A stretch of DNA of 63,501 nt, filler included, from Cercozoa sp. M6MM (lineage: Eukaryota; Protista; Endomyxa: Ascetosporea): NCBI GenBank assembly GCA_040357565.1. It is 10 parts of 10 records of this genome, joined end to end, with 100 filler letters (N's around TTAATTAATTAA, not from the genome) between each part and the next. Parts side by side here need not be neighbours in the genome. Positions count along the whole stretch, not along the records: positions 1 to 19,559 come from JBDODJ010000207.1; positions 19,660 to 23,396 come from JBDODJ010001331.1; positions 23,497 to 27,641 come from JBDODJ010001215.1; 7 more parts are not named here. The stretch is one strand, 5' to 3'. Made by a program: the position numbers and the translations under genes. The notes under the pieces were generated by a model that saw only the letters and a program-made list of their open reading frames with translations, was not told the DNA's origin and searched no databases. Of this stretch, positions 13,256-26,058 are shown piece after piece; the stretch's first letter is position 1; the number at the start of each line of letters is the position of its first letter.

Positions 13256-13926
13256 ATGAAACTGCTTCTATCGGCAATAATCGTGGTGTTGCTCTCGTCC
13301 GTGGCTGCACAGCGAGATGAGCGCCTGAATCGAGTAAAATTAGTGCTTTTTTTGAGTGGTTTTTGTTCGGTGAGTTTTTCCGCTTCCCCTAGTGCCGAAG
13401 TGCAGGCGGTGTGCCTTCATGGATGCGCGATGGCCAGTGCGACGATCGGAACGTAGCTTTGTGTTTCACTGTTGCAGACTAAGCAGAATTGGATACCTTC
13501 CGAGCAGAACATTGCAGAGTGCAACTTCGACGGCGGCGATTGCTGTGTTGAGACATGCGACTGTCGCGACCGGTGCATTGGGCGATGCGACTGCAGCGTA
13601 AAGCCGTTCTGTCGCAAAAACATTCTTGCCACTCGCAAGTAATTTACCACGCTTAATTGTAGGAAGATTCACTACGAAGCTCTCAGTGCGGGTCGTGGGA
13701 ACCTTCTAGTATTTAGTTTCCTCACATCCAGCAGCTCTTTGTTAGCAATATACCTTTTGTGACCTTCGTAGAATGCATGGACCCTCGTGTCGCGCGGAAT
13801 CGATCCAACCCCAGAACCAACAACAATGAAACCAATAACAACACCAACAACACCGACGACCCGTGTCCTCCGCGCATCCGACGTGATTGGCGTCGCATGA
13901 GCACCACTGAGCGGAATCTCTACATT

Positions 13927-13980
<54 letters not shown>

Positions 13981-16900
13981 CCCAAACGCTGACTCAGAAG
14001 TTCTTTGTTACGAGGAATAGTGCTGTAAGTTTACATTCTGCTCAGGCTACGATTGAGTTGAAGCGACAGGGACGCTATGACGTGCTGACTCGCACGCACG
14101 CCGACAACTTCAACTTCCCGCAGGCACACGGAACGAGCTTCTTCTTGCCATGGCACCGCACATTCACCTACGTGTTTGAGGTAGTAGAAATACCTCCTTG
14201 GTCGCGCTTGTTTCCAACGATTGGTGATTCTCAGGAGGAGCTTCGCTTGCTGGGAGGTCCTTACCGCTGTCTCACAGGCACAATTCAAAACATACTCGCC
14301 TATAGAGGAATTGAATATAGATGTGAAATTTACTCCCGCTCATTTCAACAGTGCCGTACTGGGATTGGACGCAAGACGCCGGGCGCGAACATCAATCGCC
14401 TGTCGTAAGTGCCGACTTTCGGTTCGCGTATCAATGGAAATATTACGTAGATTGCATCGTTTGGATCGCCCACGAGTCGCGGCTGCCTGAATAATGGGCC
14501 TTTCGCAGGTTGGAGGTGCTTTTCGCTCCCAGTTGAATGAAAATTCAAGTTGATGCTTCCTTCGCGGCCAGATATGGCGGCGACTGCGTGCGCCGTGAGT
14601 GGTAGTCCGCAACTTTTCCCTTCCAATGGCAGTTTCCTTTCATCGGGAGCGAGCAGGAACAACCTCAACTTTAACGGACCTGCACGCCTGATTCGGTACT
14701 TTAGAATGAAATGATAAACTACAACTGAAGGAGGGTTGGATTGCTTGATTATAAAGAGTTGTCACCCGCAACCGCAACTATGGTCGATCGACTGGGGTAC
14801 CCTCACTCATGTATTGAAACCCCATGAAGAAGATGTCTCCCGGTGAATGTTCAGTTCCGTGCTACGTTTGAAGCCGATCCTCATGCGAGTGTGCACAACT
14901 TTATCGGAGGAAACATGGTAGCCATCATTGTGCTATCAACAAATTTACTCCACATTGCATTGCTTGTCAGGCAACCTCTTCCTCGCCAGCGGACCCGCTG
15001 TTCTACCTGCACCACTCTTTCATTGACTTGGTGTACGCTGCGTGGCAGGTAAAACTGGTGTAGCAACGGGTACTAGTGTTGCATTGCACCGGGCCTATCT
15101 ATCTGTACATCACCACAGGACTGCCACAACCGTTTCGGCGCGGCAGGATACTCTGCTTCGAGCAACTTTGCGCGCGATGGTAAACAAGTACGCGTGTGCG
15201 CTGCTTACTCGGAAGGACGAGGTGGCCTGGGCAGGCTTTGAAACTGTGATGCCCTTCTCGCGGCTGACTCGATGGCAGATTCGCGCTCGACCGCGCGACG
15301 TTGACAACATTGCCGGTGTCACTACTCCTCCGACTGTATGCATTCAGTTGCTTCCAGAACCCTCCGGGCTTTTGTAGACATGTCGGCTGTGACTCGCACG
15401 TCGGGCTCTCCTCGCTACTACTACGAAATCTCGACGTTCCTGGCTCGTCGAGAGTGGACTGCCACCTGCGGACGTAACTTAACTCTGTCAGGGGTTATGC
15501 ACCATGTTTAAATTTACTTGTCACTTTACACCCTGGTAGAGTGGGACAATCGCTTCTTTCGACGCGTCTCCAGCACGCGTGATCTGGCGCCTCTGGACAT
15601 GACCACTCTTCCGGTATAACTTATGTTGAGACAGAGTACCTCTGTTCGAGCAACTGTAATGATACGACTTTGTGTTAAATCGTCAGCTTAACCTGCGAAG
15701 CGCAGGAGGGGCGAATGCTCTCGTTAACTCGCACATTGCCTTCAATTCCTTCACCAGTGGTAACCACCCGGCAGCATGGTCTTGACAGGATAACTAGGAT
15801 GTGTCGGTAATGATTCAGACCTGAGCTTCTCCACGGAGCTTCGTCGCGGTGAGACCTACACCATGGCCGACATTGTTGAACAGGTACAACATACAGTACT
15901 ACGCACAGCTCCAGTGAAAGCCTCACATAGTAACTTTTAGGCTTTCGTCATGGCACGTGGCGATGTGCCCGACGACAATGCCCGCTTGGACCTGATGGTT
16001 CAGATTGAGTGCTTGCACCTCGATGCGGTATGTCTTTTAAAGTCCGTCTTGGGAAAATATTGAACACACGAAACACGTCTCAACAGGGCGAGAACTTTGA
16101 CTGGACAGCCTGGGCTGCCAAGAACAACATGGACGAGGCTCTGTTCAACGGTCTCTTTAACGAGTGCAAGGAGGTGCGACGTGCTCTCGCTGCAAGCAGC
16201 GCGGACAACGCAGTGCCGAAGAGTCTGGCAGCTGCGTCGGACGCTCAAACAAAGCTGATTTTCAGCGTGCGACGCGAGGCCGAAGACGCGTTGGAGAAGC
16301 GGGTGGGTTTCGTGCGTTTTTTATTTAAATGTAGTGCCAAGCTGAATTCTCCCTTGTTTTGGAGTCATGCAGCTGCAGATCGTGGCGGCAGCTCGGGGCG
16401 CCACCGTGAACTCTCCAAACAACGATGCCGGCATCGCCAAGTCACCAGAGCAACTGGTGAACTGCACTCCCAGTGTCATGTTATCACGCCACTTTCCTTG
16501 ATGTTCGGTGTTGCGACCAGCAGGATCTTGAATTTGAGGACTTCCTTGCAGTAACTTGTTCCTTCAGAGTCTTGAAGTAACTGCAGTAGCGAAGGTACTC
16601 TCGAGTGGTCCCCGTCTGTCTGTCCTGTAGGACAAACTCCAGGCGAGCGACCTCCGCGCTGCTCGCCAGCAGCAGAAACTGTCGTCGAGAAACATCGCTT
16701 TGGTACCTCTCCTTAGAGTAAGACTCATTGTCACTGAGTTTCAGGTTCATTTAGGCCAAGATGAACGCACCGCTTCGTCAGGACGACACCACCCTGTCGG
16801 TTGATAGCGCAGAGTTCTCCGATGATGTTCCGGAGGAGGACCTACGAGTGGCAGCCCCCAAGATCGACATTAAGCACCCAAGCGCATGACAATGTAATAC

Positions 16901-17120
16901 AGGACGAGGATCTTTGCGTTGATGTAGTAGTATCGGTTGCAGTGTCAGCTGGATTCAGGTCGAAAAAAAATGAAAGAGCGTAAGGTACCGGTTTGACAAC
17001 GACTTTGCTTTCTGTCGTGTTACAGTATCTGCTTTCGCTGCTGGTGCAGTACTGTCATCGCGTTGACAGGCTCGCCGCTGAAAGCACTCACCGTCGCGTC
17101 GCTCGATCGCGACCGAAATG
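13256..17120 (+). CDS. Secreted tyrosinase (type-3 copper protein) with an N-terminal LNR-like Cys module and a C-terminal extension
   Basis: Signal peptide MKLLLSAIIVVLLSSVAA. Core motifs RIRRDW, CuA (H..AHGTSFFLPWHR), VPYWDW and CuB (PHASVHNFIGGNM..SPADPLFYLHHSFIDLVYAAWQ). The 3' end is uncertain (16550-17120). Confidence 0.9.
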
Positions 17121-17329
17121 ACTGACTAAATGTAAGCTGTCGGAGCATGCCGAGCGAAATGACTTGAAATGAAAACGAAATCGAATTAAGATACGCCGGC
17201 ACAACGACGTTCGGTCTTAATAGCTGACGTGAATCGAACAAGAACCAACGCAACTGAATCCAAATAGGGTTCTGTGACGTAAGCTACTTTAAAAGGCTCC
17301 TACGCCATCGTGGCCTCTTAGTGTACTCC

Positions 17330-17406
<77 letters not shown>

Positions 17407-17506
17407 GCGTCTGACTGCGGAAGTTCTAAGGGTTACGGGGAGCTCCCGCACGCATTGTTGTTTTGCGTTTGTGCATTTTGTCTGGCCGTCCCCAGCGTCT
17501 ATTAGC

Positions 17507-19057
17507 CTAGACGATCGTCGCGTTGTAGGCGCCGACGGTGCCCGTAACGACGCGCGCGATCACGCGGATCCGAGTGCACTCCTGCACACAACAGTGAAGG
17601 GCGAGGGCATCAGTGCGCGTGGTGTGAATACCATGGGATTTGCGGCGCTTCTGGTTGTAACCCTGTCTCACGTCACGCGAGGACTGTGCGAAGTCGACCC
17701 ACAACTTTCGGCCACCAAGGTCGAGTTTCTGCGTCACGATAAATGCATGTATGTTATCGCCAGTTTAGTAAATTTAAAAAGTACCTTGTGGACAGCAGCG
17801 GCGACGGCCTTGTCAGTCGATTCCGTTTGGACAAAATCCACTGCAAGAAAACTCATATTCTCGAAAAACAGCCTGTTGTCTGCCGTGGTACAGCGAGAAC
17901 CCACCGTACGCGGACCCAAGCGGTCGTCCCTGCTTACTGATCATACGCACGTCTTTAACACCGCCGAACTGCACAAAACGCACTTTTCGCATATCTAGAC
18001 TCTAAAGCAGACCGAACGTAGATTTATGACACCTGCTTCATCAACTCGGTGACATCAGCGGCAGCACTGCCGTAGGGCAGATTTCCGACAAATACGGTCG
18101 TGCAGTCGTCTGGCTTGGCGGAAAGCTACAACACGAGTCTGTACTCGCTCGCTTGAGTGCGGATCACCATCACACATGTGTGGTACCTTCCTGTTTTCAC
18201 GATCAACACGTCCCTTGTTGTCGGAGCTCTTGGCCATTGACACCTCCAGCCACCGGCTGCAGCAAGGCGTGAACGTGTAACTCATCTCACATGAATGCTT
18301 CTAGAGAGCCTACCCCTCGAGCTTTTGCTTGTTCAACTTGAGTGCCTTTTGCGCGGCAGACATGCCTAACATCAACCATTGCGTTATGACAGACAGCGGC
18401 AATCGGCTGCAACAAACCTTTGAAATCGACGAACGCAAGACCTCGGTTCTGGTTTGGCTTGTGTGCGTACTGCAGAGCCAGTATCATAAATTCTAAGTCT
18501 ATCAAAGCAAAAAGTCGAAATTTCAATACCTTCGGCATGCGAAGCGAAGCGATGGTGTTGTCTCCCACATGCTCCTACGCAATGGAACAATAAACCAGTG
18601 TTCGTATTTTTAACAGGTTGAAAATACCTCAAGAAAAGCGTGCAGCGTTTCCTCTGTAGTGTTAAAGTTTAGACCGGCGATGCGCACCGACAAGATTTCG
18701 CCAGAGTATTCCTCCTCTTGCTCCACCTCGGAGTGACATGAGCTCGCTTCGTTCTGCTCAGGTGCACCGTACAGCACACACCAGAAAAATTTCAAAAAAG
18801 AAAAAGCAGGGAGATCTATGATGCTTCCCTTACGATAGTCAAGCATTATGTAGCTAGCTCCGTTACACAAATTGCATCAACAACACAAACCTGTTTGGGT
18901 ACCGACCTCAGCACGGAGCACCCAGGAAAAATACGCGCAACCTCATGGGCCAAAGCCCAGATCTAAAATTGAGATACTAGTAATAAACCTCAGATTCGGA
19001 GGCATCGCTGGACTGTTCGGGCTCCTCGAGCTGCTTGCGTTCACGCTTTTTCGTCAT
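17507..19057 (-). CDS. RNA-binding protein with two RRMs (nucleolar/nucleolin-like)
   Basis: RNP2-like VRIAGLNFNTTEETL, RNP1 NRGLAFVDF, RWLEVSMA, FGGVKDVRMI and LDLGGRKLWVDFA, with an acidic N-terminus. Confidence 0.75.
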
Positions 19058-19507
19058 CTGGTTGGACGCTCCTTTCAGTGACAAAACTCGTCAAATTACA
19101 AATACTACACGTTCATCCAGCGCGCGAGCGGCCAGCGGCACTGTACACGTTTTTTAACGCAAATTGGGGCACCCGGCGATCCAAAAACAGATCGCGAACC
19201 TGAGTGTAGAGAGCACACGCCGTGGTGGCTTAATACCCACGAAATGTTATTTACATGATGGAAACTCGACGGTTGATCAATAGGTTTGTCTGACATCTTT
19301 GTTGAAATTGTTGAGCTGTCTTGCCGAGCTTTTTGAGTGTAGGTTGCGTTGCAAAGATACGTCGCTGCCACTGGCACTGCTAGTGCTACTCAGCGTGGTC
19401 CTACTGGCAGTTTCCTCTCATAGGCGCGTACACAGACCACCCGATGCTTATGACCTGTCGATAGCGCAGGTGCGTTCCGTACCCCAATTCGCACACGCAC
19501 ACGTGCG

Positions 19508-19559
<52 letters not shown>

Positions 19560-19659
19560 NNNNNNNNNNNNNNNNNNNNNNNNNNNNNNNNNNNNNNNNN
19601 NNNTTAATTAATTAANNNNNNNNNNNNNNNNNNNNNNNNNNNNNNNNNNNNNNNNNNNN
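19560..19659. other. Artificial contig linker N44-TTAATTAATTAA-N44; also at 23397-23496, 27642-27741, 35812-35911, 41047-41146, 46390-46489, 52451-52550, 54420-54519 and 57563-57662
   Basis: An identical 100-nt structure with a six-frame stop cassette occurs nine times, and genes are truncated at these points. Confidence 0.97.
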
Positions 19660-20715
19660 CCCCCCCCCCACCCACTTACCCCCTAAAGTCAAGCTACAGG
19701 TGGTTGCGCAGGCTGCGTCGGCGCGGCGTCAAAGTCGGCCCAGTCGTCAGTGCCGCCAGTCTCGAGTCGCGTCGGCTCAAACTGTTTCGGCTCTGGTTGT
19801 TTCGGCTCTGGTTGTTTCGGCTCTGGAGTCACCGGCTCGGAGAAACCGCGCAGAAAGTCGAGTCCCTGCGAGTCCTGCTTGGCCTCCGTGTGCACCGATT
19901 GCTGCGCGCGGGAGGGATTAAAGGAGGTAAGGAGGTAGGGCTTAGTAGAGAAAGGAGTAAAAGGAGGTGGCAAAGGAGGCCAAAGAAGAGAAGTACCGGC
20001 GACGAGGAGACCGAAGTGTCGCGACGACGCCGACGCCGCCGTGTGCTCGAAGGCGGCGCATCCTTCAGACTGCACAACACACATGACGATACCTTCTTAT
20101 GTACCTTCTGACCGAGATGACACACTGTGTGTGGTACCTTTCCACGCGATCGGCACGTGACAGCGACGGTGCTACGAGGGGGGGGGGGGTAAGAGGTCAG
20201 TGGATGGGGTAAAGGGGGGTAAGGACAAACCGTGCTCCTTGTGCTGCCGGCGGCGCCGACGTCGCTCCGAGTACCACTGCTTATCGACATACTTGCTGCG
20301 CACAAACTGCTTGATGCGTCGCACTGACAGAGACAAACCATCTCCTATTCCGCTCTGTATCCGCGCGGAAGCTACCATCTCCTCTGTCCGGCTTTGGGAA
20401 ATCCTCCGGCCGCCACTTGGCCAGGTACATCTCAGCTATCGGGTTCGAGAAAGGGTGGGGGTAAAGGGGGTTAAAAGAGGATAAAACGAGGTCGGGGGAT
20501 ACCATCCAAACGGTTGCCGCCGTTCGCAAGTGCGTCAACTTCGGCCTCGGAGAACGTCGATGCCGAGATGCCCTGGGGGGGGGGGGAACAGGGGAAAGGG
20601 GGGGAACAGGAAACTACCTTGATACGGTGACTGAACTCGCGATGCACACCAGCGCACTGTTGACACACGAAAGTGTTGAACGTGATACACACGTCCGTCG
20701 GTCGCTACACAATAT

Positions 20716-20755
<40 letters not shown>

Positions 20756-20936
20756 TATATCGAGGGGGGTACCCTCGCCGTACAGTTGGCACATGTCATG
20801 TTCTCCTTCCGACGCCGAATCTGCTCGATGCGCTCTTTGCGCTGCTTCTCCTTGATGCGGTCCACTGCACGCAGCAAAAAACACACGCACAAAGTCGCAT
20901 ACGCACCAAAGAAAACACGTAAAAAGAACGTCGCAT
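19660..20936 (-). CDS. ArfGAP of the AGFG/HRB type, 3'-truncated
   Basis: ENMTCANC...VCITFNTFVCQQCAGVHREFSHRIKGIS..TFSEAEV..GGN...KQFVRSKYVDKQW. The tail has EPKQP repeats and a DDWADF adaptor-binding motif. Confidence 0.9.
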
Positions 20937-21404
20937 CAAGCACAAGAAACGGATGCCGCACGGAAACTCGATCTAGTGCCTCAACGTACTTTGAAATTAT
21001 GCACACGCACAGCTGCTGTCACTTTCACTCTGTCTGACCACTCAGAGAAAGAGCAAAATCTCCTAACAGTCGTTTTCGCCGGCCCTGATGGTTTCACAGG
21101 CAGCGCAGAACGCTACCACGTACGTGTCTACCCGTGAGTCAACTGGTAGTGTGGGTGGCTGTAAGAATTTCGCTTATTCTTTCGATTGGTCAAGCGAGAG
21201 GCGGTACAAATGTACGGAACAACAAGATCATGAATTCAGTACAAGAAAACACCTCAACAACCCGCTCTGGCGCGTTGCTTCGTTTCGGGCTTCAGCCTCG
21301 CGACTAAACTGAGTATTATTGCAGATAATCGCAGGTGTAGGCGAGCGAAAGCATCTTTTTTTGGGCGAACAGCGAAAGATTTGTGAAAATTATTTTCGAG
21401 CATC

Positions 21405-22777
21405 ATGTCGGCTGAGGCAGTCGTTCACGGCAGGGAGGCACCGATCACGGAGGAGGAGGTATCCGTCGTTAACGATCTTTATTTTCTATTCTGCCTTGCG
21501 ACTCGAGCATAAACCGCTCGTACCTTGCCCTAGCGACCGCTCATCGAGCAGTTCCGCGTGGATGTCGCACCAGTCGTGAGCGAGTTCGCCGACTCACACG
21601 TCGCGCAGCGAGTCGCCGCGGACGATTTTTTGGTACCAAATTCTCTTTTTGATGACAGAAACAGCACTGGGCTGACTTGTGTTTTCCTCAGGTCGTGCGT
21701 TTCTTGAGAGCGCGCGGTCTCGATGTGCCCAAGGCGATCGAAATGTTCAAAAATATGCTCGTATGGAGGAAAGAGTTCGACACGGACAACGCCCTCACTG
21801 TACAAGAGTTTCTCATTCGTGTCGTTTCTCCGGTTCGGCAAGATTCCCATGCTTTTTCGTCAGTGGAAGTTCGACAAATGGGACCAAGTGCACGAGTTGT
21901 ACCCGCACTACTATTTGTACGTTGTTCTCCCAAGCAGCTTAATTTTAACTTAAAAAAACTGAAAAGTTGAGTTGTGATGTTTTGTGTTTTTCACACAGTG
22001 GTTTCGACAAGCACGGACGGCCACTGTACATTGACGCGCCCGGCAAGCTGAATGTGTCGGCGCTGCTCGAGTTGCTCGACATGGATACGATGCTCAAGCT
22101 GCACGTGGCCGAGGCCGAGTACCTGAACCGTGTCATGAAGATCGAGTCGCAGAAACGCAACGGTCTGCCCACGGTGCAGACGGCCACGATCGTCGATCTT
22201 GACGGTTTCGCAATCTCGAAACTCAACTCGCAGGTGCGCGAGTTCCTGCGACGCATCTCGGCCGTGGATCAGGACAACTACCCGGAGAGCATGGGCAAAA
22301 TGTTTATCATCAACGCGCCCTGGGTCTTCAAGGCTGCCTGGAAGGTCATCCGGCCCTGGCTGCACGAGAGAACGCGCGCCAAGATCGAAATCGTCGGCAG
22401 CGATTATAAGAAGGCCGTGTGCCAGGAGTTTGGCGCCGAGAACCTACCTGCGTTCCTTGGTGAGCGAGCCTTTGCACACTCGATTTCTTTTTTTGCGAAA
22501 CTGACGTGGTTGTTTTTGTTAAGGCGGCGATCTGCCGCCAACCTCGCACGTCGAAGCCGCCAAGTTCTGTCAGCACGAGGAGCGCATGAAGCGCCTGCTC
22601 ACCACTGGTACAGCTGCCCTTTGCTAAAACGAAAAAAATAAAACTGAACACGATTCCCTCCCTGGTCGTGCAGAAGCGACTTTTGAGGAGATCCTGGCCG
22701 AAGTGTTGCCTGCTAGTGAGTGTGGCTCCAGTGCGACCGCCGTGGAGTCCACTGCCAGCGCTGCTGCAGGCGATTAA
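21405..22777 (+). CDS. Sec14-like CRAL-TRIO lipid-binding protein
   Basis: VRFLRARGLDVPKAIEMFKNMLVWR, GFDKHGRPLYI, IVDLDG, QDNYPESMGKMFIINAPWVFKAAWKVIRPWL..RTRAKI, ENLPAFLGG. Confidence 0.93.
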
Positions 22778-23497
22778 GCACGTTTTATTTTCCCCCAGCC
22801 GTTTGTTTAAGTAAACAAAACGAACGGAAAGTTGCGCTGCTTGTACAGTCGAGTGCCACACTAGAAAGCTCGTTTGAATTCACTCCCGTTCACGTCGAGT
22901 CGTTGAAAATTGTTTTTTTTTAATTTTATCGAGTAATTTTACTTGCTTTTACGATTTTTTGCTTATTCATTTTCCGTGCATCGATCGACCGACCGAGTAG
23001 CGGGACGTTACCTGTCTTTGCCAGCAGCGGTGCTTTTTTTGCGGCGGCGTTTCGCGTCACGCGACGTCAGCTGCCGCGCCTGTGGTCTTTTGCTACCAGG
23101 GGGAGTGAGCGAGGGGGTGAGAGGTGGGATGTGGGCGATGTACTGAGTGCGCGACTGTCCGGCCTCGCTTTCGCTGTCGGAATCACTGTCTGTCTCGTCC
23201 TCTATTAAGAGGGGGGGTAAAGACGGGGGGGGGGAGAGATAGCAAAAAGAAATATACCGGCATACTCGTTAAAGTAGTGATCCGGCGCGTGCATCAACAA
23301 GTGTCTATTAGGCAGGGGGGTAAAGAAGGGTATGGGTGGAGGAGGGGGTCAACATACACAGCTCGTTCCGTATCGACTGTGAGCACTTCGGGACACNNNN
23401 NNNNNNNNNNNNNNNNNNNNNNNNNNNNNNNNNNNNNNNNTTAATTAATTAANNNNNNNNNNNNNNNNNNNNNNNNNNNNNNNNNNNNNNNNNNNNG

Positions 23498-25129
23498 GTG
23501 AAGTTCGGCCGCGTGCGACTCAAGCCGGGCAAGCCGACGACTTTCGCCGTGCAGCGACTGTCAGGTTCGCTGGCTACTTTAAGGAGGCGTTATTGTCCTT
23601 GAGTGATTAAGGGTGCAGAACGCTTTTGTTAAGGCTGCATTTTGGTATCTGTGTATGTGTACAGATGGACGGCAGCGCCTGATTTTTGGACTGCCGGGCA
23701 ACCCGAGTTCGGCCGCCGTGTGCGCGTCGTTGTTTGTGCTGCCGGCGCTGCGCGTGCTGGCTGGCGTGGCGCAGGTACCCCTCCCCCTGTTTACCCCCCT
23801 GTTTACCCCCTGTTTACGCCCTATTTACCCCCTCCCCCCCACCCTCCGTGGACAGACAACAGAGGAAGCGCGACCGGTGCGACGACGTGTTCGACTCGAC
23901 TTTGACACGCCTGTAGGCTTTACCCCCTCACCCTTTACCCCCCTCATTATCCTCTGTACCCCCTATTTACCCGCTTTACCCTCTTACCCCCCCCCCCCCC
24001 GCAGGGCGATGCTCACCGCGTGGAGTTCCACCGCGCCATTGTTGGCTTCGATGAGGGTCAAGGTAGTCTCTCTCGTTTGATCGTTGGGTTGGCACGTGAT
24101 CACTGAGATCAGTGGACGGCGGTGTTCCACTGGCACGCAGTACGGGTACTTCATCTTGCCTTTGCCTCCTCTTCTTACGCTCTCTTTTTTGCTTCTTTTA
24201 CTACATGCTCCCTTTCACCCCCTTTCACCCCTTTTACCACCGCACCTTTGCCCTTCTACCAGCTACCCTTCCCTCTTATATCCTTTTTACCCCCCTCCCC
24301 ACCCCGTGCCGGCAGGACTGCAGCGGTCGTCGCGCGTGGCGTCGATGGCACGTGCCAATGCGCTACTGCAGCTGCCGTCGGGAGCGCCGCTGACGGTACC
24401 TCTTGTGTGTCCACGTGTGTCACTCAAGTGGTCACTGGGACACGTGCCAGTGGGACACGTGCCAGTGGGACACGTGCCAGTGGGACACGTGGCAGTCGCT
24501 GTGCATGCGTGTGTGTGTGTATGTGTGTGTGAGTGTGTGTGTGTGTGACAGAGCGGCACCGAAGTGACGGCGCTGTGGCAGCACTGGGAGCGTCGACGGT
24601 TTCCCGACCACGTGGGCAGTCAGAGCGGTCGCATGATCGCACGTGGCTGCGCATGTGACACCGTCAGTGGTCAGCACAACGATCACAGTGATCGCTCCGT
24701 GGCTGAGTCGGCGCAGAAGGTCTCCGATCATCCCGGCGACAGTCGACGGTTGCGCGTGGCACTCGTCACCGTCAGTGATCGCGTGACACGTGGCACCTAC
24801 GCCGATCGCAGCGGACCTGCCGCACGCGAGGCGCTGCTCCAGTGGACGCACGTGTCGGCCAGGTGCAAAGTGCCTTGGCCATTACGTCTTCCTCCTCCTA
24901 CCCCTTCCCCGTGTACAGAGTGACCAGCGAGACCAGTGTGCCGGACGAGGTGGACGACATCCAACGCGCTGTTCGTGCGGCAGGTACCTTGATCTCAACG
25001 TTGTTGTGCTCTGGACCTACGTTGTTGTGTCAAGACGCCAGAGAGGACGTCGATCTGATCTTTACCTTGGGTATACTCTTCTACGTATCTGCAGTTCAAT
25101 GTCTGTCTGTCTCTGTACATCTAGGCATG

Positions 25130-25164
<35 letters not shown>

Positions 25165-25650
25165 GCGTATATATCTGGATATCTCTCATAAGTCTATGTC
25201 CTGCTTCCTGTGCATGTCCGGCAGGTGGCACGGGCTTTGCGCCGCGCGACGTGACGCCCGAGGCCGTGCGGCCCTTGCTGCTCAAGGAGGCACCCGGCCT
25301 CGTGGTCGCCATGATCGTATTCGCCCTTTTATCTTAGGGGAGGAGGGCTCTGTAAGAAGAACCTCTCTATGCGGACTGTCTGTGAGACCGCAGAGCGAGG
25401 GACTAAAGTTGCTGCCGCACGCCATGCTGTCGCGTCCGGTGGCTGGCGTACTGGCCAACGGATCCATCATTGTCACGCTGCCCGGCAAGCCCAAGTACAC
25501 TGGCCTGTGTCGCATCTCAACTTGCCCTCTTCCATACAGTGCGAGTGTTGCAACAACCACACACACAGGGCCGTTCTGGAGAATCTCGAGTTCCTGCGAC
25601 CAGCGCTGCCGCACGCGGTGCGACTGGCCGCCAAGGGCACCGCACACTGA
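23498..25650 (+). CDS. CNX1: Molybdopterin biosynthesis protein Cnx1/gephyrin family, MoeA (E) domain followed by MogA (G) domain; 5'-truncated
   Basis: MoeA motifs [26 protein letters not shown] and [16 protein letters not shown], then MogA motifs [40 protein letters not shown] and TLPGKPKAVLE, then a stop at 25650. Confidence 0.92.
24437..24497. repeat. Intronic minisatellite, 15-bp unit GGGACACGTGCCAGT x4
   Basis: Read directly within a Cnx1 intron. Confidence 0.85.
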
Positions 25651-26058
25651 ACTGCGCATGAAGGAGGCCGCTGCACTGTACCGAACAATCTCGCGCCGGC
25701 CGAACAATCGAATGATTAACCTTCGTTTCATTCTCAGTTTTCCGCTCGGATCAGTGCGTAATCATACTAGTGACGGTTCCTTGATGCTCCAGCTTACCTA
25801 CTAGGCTGAAGAAACCTTCATTACTCGACACCTCCTGCTTACATAAGTCCGGCATTGTTGTTATGCATGCATGCGCAGGCAAAGCGAATAAAATCGCCGG
25901 CCGTCCACCCTCTAGGTAGGAGGCTCGACAGAAACCAAACGAAAATACGGCATGGTAGAAATTAAACCCAACCGCAGCGACATCGAACATCGTATTACGT
26001 TGGTCGAATAGATGTAGATAAATCACGCGAATGGCGCAATCCGGCCGGTTTGCGTCGA

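Noticed and set aside
19604-19615. Recurrent TTAATTAATTAA palindrome (9 copies) as a biological element
   Set aside because: It is always centred in an identical 100-nt N block. This is a six-frame-stop concatenation linker, so gene neighbourhoods across it are not real.
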